The notes under the pieces: model-generated | Told to the model about the DNA's origin: nothing | Database searches by the model: none | The model's input: the letters and a program-made list of their open reading frames with translations, nothing else | Assembly (NCBI GenBank): GCA_048058875.1 | Contig: JBLLNR010000005.1 | Location: forward strand, 48,615 to 112,614 | Length of the DNA: 64,000 nt | Direction of reading: 5' to 3' | Source: Methylotenera sp. | GTDB taxonomy: Bacteria; Pseudomonadota; Gammaproteobacteria; Burkholderiales; Methylophilaceae | Translations under genes and position numbers: made by a program | In this document: positions 10,401-16,944 of the stretch, piece by piece | Layout: each line of letters opens with the position of its first letter | How positions within the stretch are numbered: position 1 is the first letter of the stretch

Positions 10401-10763
10401 GTCTGGCTTCAAATATGCACTCAGCTCAAACTCCTGCTGATCGGTATATTTAAAAGGGAAATGCTCAGCATATTTCTCAACAAAAAAATCAAACGGATTG
10501 ATAACGGTCATATCTGCTACTAAATCGACCGTAAATTCTAATTCTTGCACCTTTTCGGGGAATACATACCGCGCTATATAGTTCCCATAAGGGTCTTGTT
10601 GCCAATTAATAAAATGCTTTTTGGGAGTAACAGTTAACGAGTAAGATAATATAGGCGTACGTGCGTGTGATGCTGGTCTCAGGCGAACCTCATGTGGGGA
10701 CAAGCTTACCAAACGATCAAACTTGTAGCTGGTTTTATGATGCAATGCAACGCGAATAGCCAT
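7446..10763 (-). CDS. Large transglutaminase-family protein (N-terminal Bact_transglu_N + transglutaminase core + DUF2126-like C-terminal region)
   Basis: Cys-His-Asp core: GSCRDTAWLL, DLHAWAEVF, GLDPTSG. The 1105-aa architecture is typical of DUF2126 proteins. Convergent with the Anbu gene; only 6 bp separate the two stop codons. Confidence 0.85.
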   Translation of the reverse strand: MAIRVALHHKTSYKFDRLVSLSPHEVRLRPASHARTPILSYSLTVTPKKHFINWQQDPYGNYIARYVFPEKVQELEFTVDLVADMTVINPFDFFVEKYAEHFPFKYTDQQEFELSAYLKPDPMKPLLKDWVAKVEKELVTQNLSTANFLVAVNQALQKEIGYLVRMEPGIQTPEETLTNKTGSCRDTAWLLVQICRHLGLAARFVSGYLIQLTADIEALDGPSGTKVDFTDLHAWAEVFIPGAGWIGLDPTSGLLAGEGHIPLACTALPSSAAPVTGLSDIAEVTFNHEMTITRIHEDPRVTKPYSEDDWLKIDRLGKKVDSDLKKQDVRLTQGGEPTFVSIDDMEGAEWNTEAHGKKKRELAGELAIKLKQHFTKGSLLHYGQGKWYPGEPLPRWAISMFWRIDGKPIWRDESLFSDEKVKDNYTSEHALLFANTLVEKLDFPKACLIPAYEDVVALAHLEEQFPENIDPLKVDLKDSEERRRLARLLERGLQEVVGYVMPIKPAKSSQRKKANDKKNDVEWLTSKWPLKREHLYLLSGDSPMGLRLPLKSLPWMLPDEMEPDFAIDPFEQQEELSNDSSTIKVKVKSKQKKPLPRDVIHTALCVQVRNGRLHVFMPPMERLDDYLMLIRVIEDTAASLKLKLWLEGYTPPRDARIKMLSVTPDPGVIEVNIHPADSWSELVNNVTTLYEEARLCRLGTEKFMLDGRHTGTGGGNHATLGGATAEDSPMLRRPDVLKSLITYWQNHPALSYLFSGTFIGPTSQAPRVDEARDDNLYELAIAFQQMEKNLPKTEESKRPWLVDRLLRNLLVDLTGNTHRAEFSIDKLYSPDGPTGRLGLVEFRAFEMPPHARMSLLQSLLLRALVARFWKEPYQGKLIHWGTELHDRWMLPHYVAQDIADVVTDLQDFGYGFEQHWFDPFVEFRFPRFGTVAYQGVELELRQAIEPWNVLGEEMSGGGTARYVDSSVERMQLRVRGLTDGRHIVTCNGRALPLQPTGNVGEYVAGVRFRAWSPWSALHPTIKVQAPLVFDLVDTWSSRAIGGCTYHVSHPGGRNYDTFPVNANEAEARRFARFWGHGHKPGKLEVKQETRNPRFPLTLDLRWLAD

Positions 10764-10840
10764 TCACTTCCTTTAATTCTATATTCTAATGAGACAAACT
10801 TTATATTGTGCTACCACCTAAGTAATAGTTGATGCACAAT

Positions 10841-11107
10841 TTATGCCATTGTTACTACTATAGCGCGCTTCTCAGATACAGGTAGTTTTTTAATCATATA
10901 TTCAGCCTTTGAGGCCTCAGAACGGTTACTAAATGCTATCACTTTAAGTAATCTTTTAGGCGGGTGTGCTCTCATGTATTTAGCACCTTTACCCGTTTCA
11001 TGTGCCTTATAGCGCTTTGCAACATCCACAGTAATACCAGTGTATATGCTGCCGTCTTGGCATTCAATCAAATATAAAAACCATGGTTTGTTTAGATTGT
11101 CTGACAT
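10841..11107 (-). CDS. GIY-YIG domain protein (YhbQ/UPF0213-like)
   Basis: WFLYLIECQDGSIYTGITVDVAKRYKAHETGKGAKY is the GIY-YIG / YhbQ pattern; 88 aa. Confidence 0.8.
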   Translation of the reverse strand: MSDNLNKPWFLYLIECQDGSIYTGITVDVAKRYKAHETGKGAKYMRAHPPKRLLKVIAFSNRSEASKAEYMIKKLPVSEKRAIVVTMA

Positions 11108-11148
11108 TTTTAAACTATGAGCGAATAAGATGTATGAAGCAAGTTAGA

Positions 11149-11225
11149 TGGTACCCCCGACGCGATTCGAACGCATGACCTTCCCCTTAGGAGGGGGACG
11201 CTCTATCCATCTGAGCTACGAGGGC
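11149..11225 (-). tRNA. tRNA-Arg (anticodon CCU)
   Basis: The reverse complement, GCCCTCGTAGCTCAGATGGATAGAGCG-TCCCC-CTCCTAA-GGGGA-..GGTTCGAATC..GGGGGTACCA, folds as a cloverleaf. The anticodon loop is CUCCUAA, and CCA is encoded. Confidence 0.9.
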
Positions 11226-11262
11226 AATAAATGCTGTGGAATTTTGTGTATTGTAAATTCAT

Positions 11263-12282
11263 TCAATACAACCAAGTACCATCGCCTAGCAAATCGGCAT
11301 GACAGTCTTTATTGGGAACATTGCAGTTTTCCCACCAAGTATCAAGCACTTGCTGTGACCACCCAAATACATAATCCATATGTAATGAGTAACCTCCTCG
11401 ACCGCCTTTATAATTATCGCTGGCAATGCGAAGGTTTTCTGTGCCGTTTACTTTATAGTGAATTATACCCGATATATGTGGCAGTGCCTTTGGGTGTGTT
11501 GCAGGGCATCGACCATTTGAGTCATATGCCATATGCGCTTTATGACTGGGACTATCCAGATTTTCACCATCCCAACAGCTAGGGAAGTGCACGACTGCAG
11601 TTAAATCTCCTACACAATCAGGAATGTAATTTTTTCTTAATTTATATGCGACACCACCTAATTTACCGGCGTTGCATTGCCAATTGATCTTATCCCAGTT
11701 CTGTGGGTTATCCTCTGTTGCGGTATGATCGCCTGCAATCATCATTAATCCATTTGGTGGTTTAACGTCGCCCCCTTTGTAATAGAATAAAGCCCAATCA
11801 GGTTTGAGCGGAGTACCATCTTTGGTGTCAATCAAGCTCGGCAACCAATAAGATGAACGATTAGCAATACCACCCTGACAGGTGCTATTACCAGTCTTTC
11901 TTATACTGTCAGCTGTAGCGTTGAAATACGCACCTGTATTCCCAAAAAAGGTGTGGTGATGAGCAGCACCCTCCTGATTTGGGTAAACAATAAAATCATC
12001 ATTCGCCATATGGCTAGCAGCACAGTGAATGCGAAAATCTCCGCCAGAAAAACTAAAGGGATTTGGTGTAAAAACTTCTCTAGTAGGGTCTGGCACAGGT
12101 TGCACTCTTAATTCAGCATACCCTTCTGCAGGTTTCATGTTCTTAGTTGTATCCACTGCAGGCATATAGTCTTCAGTTTGCGTTGGGGCAACTGTATTTT
12201 GTGATGAGCCAACAGAGCTACACGCAGAAATGGTAACGCCAGCTATGGCAGATACTATTTTAAGTACACGGTAATTTTCCAT
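11263..12282 (-). CDS. Lipoprotein with a DUF1996-like domain
   Basis: Signal peptide plus lipobox (AGVTISAC). FRIHCAASHMANDDFIVYPNQEGAAHHHTFFGN matches the DUF1996 FR..C...DPIV.PG...H.H.F.G pattern. Confidence 0.5.
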   Translation of the reverse strand: MENYRVLKIVSAIAGVTISACSSVGSSQNTVAPTQTEDYMPAVDTTKNMKPAEGYAELRVQPVPDPTREVFTPNPFSFSGGDFRIHCAASHMANDDFIVYPNQEGAAHHHTFFGNTGAYFNATADSIRKTGNSTCQGGIANRSSYWLPSLIDTKDGTPLKPDWALFYYKGGDVKPPNGLMMIAGDHTATEDNPQNWDKINWQCNAGKLGGVAYKLRKNYIPDCVGDLTAVVHFPSCWDGENLDSPSHKAHMAYDSNGRCPATHPKALPHISGIIHYKVNGTENLRIASDNYKGGRGGYSLHMDYVFGWSQQVLDTWWENCNVPNKDCHADLLGDGTWLY

Positions 12283-12447
12283 AACTTAAGCCTTTTTATC
12301 ACACATAAAGATTAAATGAATACTATTAACCTTTGATGTGAATGTCCAGCCTCAATGGGACTAATGTACTGTTACTATTGAACTGATGTATTAGTATGTT
12401 TTGAAATTCTGCGGGTAACTCGGATGAATTTAAAACAATAATGCGCA

Positions 12448-12927
12448 CTAGCTAGTGGATAAATGTTGAATGATAGACTCTAAAACAGCATCATTAAACT
12501 GATATGGGTTAAATGAACTGAGCTTATGTTGTTGCAATATCGCCTGAATGTCAGAACCAACACCAGCATACTTCATATACCATTTGGCAAAAGATTTTTG
12601 ATGGATACGTTTATTACTTAATATCTTGATGTCAGTATGTCTAGTATCTTTTTTGAGTACATCAATCAACTCAGTGATTTCGTCAATACCGCCTTGTAGG
12701 CATTGTAGGCATTGTAGGCATTGTAGGCATTGTAGGCATTGTAGGCATTGTAGGCATTGTAGAAAATAACCGTTACCAAAGCACAAAACACCTACAAGGC
12801 GTTTATTTCTATTATTGGCTCTGGCCTTTTCCAAAATATCAGCGACTTCTGGCTCTATTTGATAAGGGTTCGCTGATAACGGAAAAGTTGCACGACTCGT
12901 ATAAACAATTTGGGTGTAATAATCCAT
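12448..12927 (-). CDS. Stand-alone BLUF (blue-light sensor using FAD) protein with an internal (CLQ)n insertion
   Basis: BLUF landmarks are present: the Tyr in IVYTSRA, GVLCFGNGYFLQ-CLQG (equivalent to FFQWLEG of AppA), DTRHTDIKIL and FAKWYM. It lies 4 bp downstream of the GGDEF-EAL gene on the same strand. Confidence 0.85.
   Translation of the reverse strand: MDYYTQIVYTSRATFPLSANPYQIEPEVADILEKARANNRNKRLVGVLCFGNGYFLQCLQCLQCLQCLQCLQCLQCLQGGIDEITELIDVLKKDTRHTDIKILSNKRIHQKSFAKWYMKYAGVGSDIQAILQQHKLSSFNPYQFNDAVLESIIQHLSTS
12694..12762 (-). repeat. Perfect 9-bp tandem repeat (TTGTAGGCA on +; TGCCTACAA = Cys-Leu-Gln on the coding strand), 7 full copies plus a 6-bp partial
   Basis: Counted directly: units start at 12694, 12703, 12712, 12721, 12730, 12739 and 12748, with a partial unit at 12757-12762. 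It is in frame and gives FLQ(CLQ)7GG. Confidence 0.95.
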
Positions 12928-12931
12928 AAGA

Positions 12932-15364
12932 TTAAATCACTCTTTCGTAAACTGGCTTTTCACCTCTTTTTAATTTATTTTGAGTAAAACACATCTTTTC
13001 TAAATCAACAGCTGATAGTGGCTTTGAAAATAGATAGCCTTGTCCATAATCACAGCCTATAGCAAATAGTAGGTTGCGCTGCTCTATTGTTTCCACACCT
13101 TCAGCAATTACTTTTAAACCAAGTTTATGTGCCATGACAATAATCGCTTCGCATAAAACAAGATCTTCAGAATAAATAGACAGGTTTTGTACAAATGACT
13201 GATCGATTTTGATGTAATCAACATCAAACTTTTTCAAGTAAGAGAGTGATGAGTAGCCTGTCCCAAAATCATCAACCGCTACTTGTATACCTTGATCCCT
13301 GAAAGCTAACAGCTTTTCACTAACCTCAGGGTTTTTATCCAGCATGAGTCCTTCTGTGATTTCAATTACCAGACTTGAACCAGAAATACCAAGCTTTTCT
13401 AGATGTTTAAACCAGCCTAGGTGTTTCTCATCTTTATTATAAAATTGCACTGGCGATTTATTGATACTGACTTGAAACTTACTATCAATTGTATTTTGCC
13501 ATTTTGCGAGCTGATCAGCCACCTTGTAAAACACCCAATTACCAATATCAACAATTAAACCAGTATCTTCTGCCACTGGGATAAAATCACCGGGACTTAC
13601 AACACCGTATTGAGGATGATCCCAGCGTAGTAAAGCTTCTGCCTTATATATTTTATTGGTCGCTAAATCAATAATAGGCTGATACATGACTCTGAATTGC
13701 TCTTCTTGTATCGCTAGACGTAGGTCTTGTGTCATCTCACGACGTTTAACTGCTGCAACTTGCATCGCTCTAGTGAAATAGCTGTAGGTGTTACGGCCTT
13801 TATTTTTTGCGTTATACATCGTTTGATCTGCATTACGGATAAGTGATTCAACATCCGTTGCATCCTCAGGAAACAATGTAATACCAATACTGGCAGAAAC
13901 ATTAGCAACTTCATGGCCCAAATTGAATGGTTTACCCAATTCAGACAAGATACGTTGCGCTACCATATCAATATTACCTATGTCGTCAAACTGACTCAAA
14001 ATAATCGTGAACTCATCACCACCAAGTCTGGCAAGGTCTCCATCATGAGAAATCGTGTCTGTTACGCGTAAACAAGCTTTTAATCTCTCACCAACTTGCT
14101 TTAATAAAACATCACCAAAGTCGTGGCCCAAACTATCATTCACTTCTTTAAAATCATCTAGGTCAAGAAACATGAGCGCAAATGAACCGCCTGCTCTCTT
14201 ACATACCTCAACCTGATTTGACAGTTTTTCATGGAACATATGCCGATTGGGCAAGCCAGTAACAGAATCAAAATTGGCTTGCCTCCACATCCATTCTTCT
14301 GCTTGTTTCTTAGCTGAAATATCAGACGCTACTGATACATAACCAGTCACTAAGCCATCAGTTCCTTTAAGTGGACTTACTTGAATAGCTACAGGTAAAA
14401 GCTTTCCATCTTTCGCCAAAAGTTTTATTTCACCCCGAAAACTATCGTGTTCTTTAACTGTTTCAAAAATTTCTGCATGGCTTGGACCAGAATCATCTTC
14501 TGGACTATCTGGTCCTAAATAAAATGGTTTACCAATCAACTCTGCAGACTTGTATCCAAATAAAGATTCGAATGCTGGGTTTACATATAGAAAACACAAG
14601 TTCTCATCATGTAACGAAATGGCTTCTTGCGTTTGGGATAGCGCTTGATCGCTTTGACGCAACTTAGAGTCACGATACTCAATTCGCGATAACATCAAAT
14701 TAAATCCATCTGTTAGTTTTCCAAGCTCATCCTCTGAAGTTTTTTCTACCCGAAGTGAGTATCGTTCTTGATCAATAATCTGACTCATAGCATTTGTTAA
14801 TGAGTCAACAGGCGCAAGCATCTGTTTGAGTATGGTGCGCAAGAACATATACCCCAGCAAGAACGCAATTATCATCCCCAATAAGTTGGTAGCTACCCTT
14901 AAGATAACACCCTGATAGACATTATCGTAATCGGCATAAACTCTAATTGTCCCAACCCGCTGGTTGTCTTGAATGATTGGCCGCTCGATAAACATCTCAT
15001 CGTATAGAGAAGTACCATGCAACCAATACTTCATATGATGCTTTTGATTGACGAATGAAACAAATAAGTCACTATTCGCATCCAACACCTCAACGCGCAA
15101 GACTGAGCTATCTGCTTGGATTGCTTGTAGTGTTTCTTTTGCCGTATCTAAATCATCAAAAATAATCGCAGATGCAATATTATGCGAAATAACATCTGCC
15201 AGTGTGACTAGGCTTTCCTTTGCTGACTCACTGGCGCTTTTAGCATCATTGATTGTAGAAATTACAAATGCAAGAAGTACAACAAGACCAGCCGTCCCAG
15301 AAACAAGCAGCATAAACTTTCTACTAATTGACCATTTAGTCAATAGGTTAAACACTGATAGCAC
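12932..15364 (-). CDS. Membrane c-di-GMP turnover protein: CHASE8-like periplasmic domain, HAMP, PAS, GGDEF, EAL
   Basis: Two TM segments flank a region with IASAIIFDDLDTAKETLQAIQADSSVLRVEVLD (CHASE8-like). PAS block: LYVNPAFESLFGYKSAELIGKPF. Intact RLGGDEF. Intact EAL set: KAEALLRW, DDFGTGYSSL, IKIDQSF, EGVET. Confidence 0.85.
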   Translation of the reverse strand: MLSVFNLLTKWSISRKFMLLVSGTAGLVVLLAFVISTINDAKSASESAKESLVTLADVISHNIASAIIFDDLDTAKETLQAIQADSSVLRVEVLDANSDLFVSFVNQKHHMKYWLHGTSLYDEMFIERPIIQDNQRVGTIRVYADYDNVYQGVILRVATNLLGMIIAFLLGYMFLRTILKQMLAPVDSLTNAMSQIIDQERYSLRVEKTSEDELGKLTDGFNLMLSRIEYRDSKLRQSDQALSQTQEAISLHDENLCFLYVNPAFESLFGYKSAELIGKPFYLGPDSPEDDSGPSHAEIFETVKEHDSFRGEIKLLAKDGKLLPVAIQVSPLKGTDGLVTGYVSVASDISAKKQAEEWMWRQANFDSVTGLPNRHMFHEKLSNQVEVCKRAGGSFALMFLDLDDFKEVNDSLGHDFGDVLLKQVGERLKACLRVTDTISHDGDLARLGGDEFTIILSQFDDIGNIDMVAQRILSELGKPFNLGHEVANVSASIGITLFPEDATDVESLIRNADQTMYNAKNKGRNTYSYFTRAMQVAAVKRREMTQDLRLAIQEEQFRVMYQPIIDLATNKIYKAEALLRWDHPQYGVVSPGDFIPVAEDTGLIVDIGNWVFYKVADQLAKWQNTIDSKFQVSINKSPVQFYNKDEKHLGWFKHLEKLGISGSSLVIEITEGLMLDKNPEVSEKLLAFRDQGIQVAVDDFGTGYSSLSYLKKFDVDYIKIDQSFVQNLSIYSEDLVLCEAIIVMAHKLGLKVIAEGVETIEQRNLLFAIGCDYGQGYLFSKPLSAVDLEKMCFTQNKLKRGEKPVYERVI

Positions 15365-15373
15365 CCCTAATCT

Positions 15374-15799
15374 CTACATTCGTTGTTGAGTACCATTGCT
15401 ATCGACTTTAGTTTTTGCATAGAGTCGCTCGCCGTCGGTTTTTAACATCGCTTTATTATAAGCCTCATTTACGACATTTCCGCCAACTTCTACTCTAGCC
15501 CTCAATAAGTTTGCATTCGAAGCTTTTTTGTAGTCATTGTATACATCCATGGCAAGTAGTTCACCTATGGGTTTAGCCACGATTATTGCTAACTCTGCGG
15601 TTGTAATCTCTATTGATAATGAGAAATTTGAAGTTCGCTTAGTTAACATCATTTTGTGTTTCGCGGGTTGATAATGTTCAGAAATAAAGAAAGCAATGAT
15701 AAGCAGTGGAGTAAGCAAGAAAATAATCCAAAGGTTCTCTAAAAACGTCCGCTTACATTTGGCAAACCATGACTCATCCTTGTTTAATATCGAACTCAT
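15374..15799 (-). CDS. Small single-pass membrane protein, unknown function
   Basis: One hydrophobic segment (LWIIFLLTPLLIIAFFI). It has a 4-bp ATGA overlap with the upstream YfiR-like gene, and its stop is 9 bp before the GGDEF-EAL start, suggesting an operon. Confidence 0.45.
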   Translation of the reverse strand: MSSILNKDESWFAKCKRTFLENLWIIFLLTPLLIIAFFISEHYQPAKHKMMLTKRTSNFSLSIEITTAELAIIVAKPIGELLAMDVYNDYKKASNANLLRARVEVGGNVVNEAYNKAMLKTDGERLYAKTKVDSNGTQQRM

Positions 15800-16338
15800 T
15801 TTAACCCCTTCACGCGTTTAGCCAACTTCAATAACTGCGAACTCATATGAAGCCCACTTGCCTTGACTACAGCTATGTCCACTTCAAAACCTACTCGATT
15901 TCCATCTCTTATTAAGCCAACCATGCCACCCTCGTTAATAAAATCTTTCCTGTCACTTACTGTGAGAATTGGTACTTTTTTAAGCTCTTTTAAAATAAGC
16001 TTTGCGTTACGCACACCTTCATTAGCAATAAATAGAATCTGACACTCTTTAAAATTGTTATTTTTTATTGCTCGGCGCAATACAATTGGTCTACCGTTCG
16101 TTAACTTGTCATACAAAGCCTCTAGAGCCCCATTTAAATTATCGTCACCAACAATGCAAAAATTAAATTTTTCATCTTGATAGGCGTGATTTGGCCAAAT
16201 CACAAATTTAGTGATGTTATAGATTAGCCCAGCCTTTACAGCGTGCTCTTTAGTCACAGCCGCTGCAATAGTAGAAGCAACGACAAGTATGCTAAATAAA
16301 ATAGTCTGTAAGTAATGGTGAATTCTTTTACTGTTCAT
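15796..16338 (-). CDS. YfiR/DUF4154-like periplasmic protein
   Basis: Signal peptide followed by VKAGLIYNITKFVIWPN, which is the DUF4154 'kaaflynfakfveWP' motif. First gene of the operon that ends with the BLUF gene. Confidence 0.6.
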   Translation of the reverse strand: MNSKRIHHYLQTILFSILVVASTIAAAVTKEHAVKAGLIYNITKFVIWPNHAYQDEKFNFCIVGDDNLNGALEALYDKLTNGRPIVLRRAIKNNNFKECQILFIANEGVRNAKLILKELKKVPILTVSDRKDFINEGGMVGLIRDGNRVGFEVDIAVVKASGLHMSSQLLKLAKRVKGLK

Positions 16339-16648
16339 TTAATTCTCAATAGAATGATGCGTACATAATCCCAGATAGCAATTTATCATCACAACAAAGA
16401 GATTAATGCTTAGAACAAAGCTGAAAAAGTACGTTATCTTTTTTGATTTTTAGAGGTGCATGTCAATAATCTGTTGAAATGCATGACCTTTATAAGAAGA
16501 GTCTGGAGTAATGTTAAGTGTGGTAAAAAGCTGTGTATGAACCAAAGCATATACACTGCCTGCTACCTAAAACGCTAACATTGATAAATAGCAATTACTG
16601 AAGCATAGCTAAGAACAGAATGTTTTAAATAAATGATGTATAACTTTT

Positions 16649-16736
16649 TGGTGCCCGGGGCCGGAATCGAACCGGCACGGCCGCAATGGCCGAGGGATTT
16701 TAAGTCCCTTGTGTCTACCAATTTCACCACCCGGGC
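16649..16736 (-). tRNA. tRNA-Leu (anticodon UAA), long variable arm
   Basis: The reverse complement, GCCCGGGTGGTGAAATTGGTAGACACAAGGGACTTAAAATCCCTCGGCCATTGCGGCCGTGCCGGTTCGATTCCGGCCCCGGGCACCA, is very close to E. coli leuZ. 88 nt. Confidence 0.88.
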
Positions 16737-16896
16737 GGGTGATTAGTTTTCTAATGAAAACGCTTAGTGCGTGCTATGTCCTTCAACGCGGGTCGTATTC
16801 TAACACCATCGCCGCATTTTTATAAGTAAAAATAGGGCTTTTTATTGTTGTTTTATGAAAAATATTACGCTTTATTAATTAGTCTATATGGATAAA

Positions 16897-16920
16897 TTAA
16901 AAAAGGAGGCCTCAGCCTCC
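16897..16920 (-). terminator. Rho-independent terminator after the TolC-OmpA gene
   Basis: GGAGGC-CTCA-GCCTCC hairpin (16905-16920), followed on the minus strand by TTTTTT. It lies 25 bp past the stop at 16945. Confidence 0.6.
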
Positions 16921-16944
16921 GATTTAAGCGATTTAACAATATGA

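Noticed and set aside
11148-11582. A 144-aa plus-strand ORF.
   Set aside because: It begins on top of tRNA-Arg and is antisense to the DUF1996-like lipoprotein gene, which has a signal peptide and family motifs.
10841-16736. tRNA-Arg and tRNA-Leu flank accessory-looking genes (GIY-YIG, DUF1996, the BLUF operon), which might be a genomic island.
   Set aside because: I found no integrase, transposase or direct repeat of a tRNA 3' end, and no obvious compositional break.
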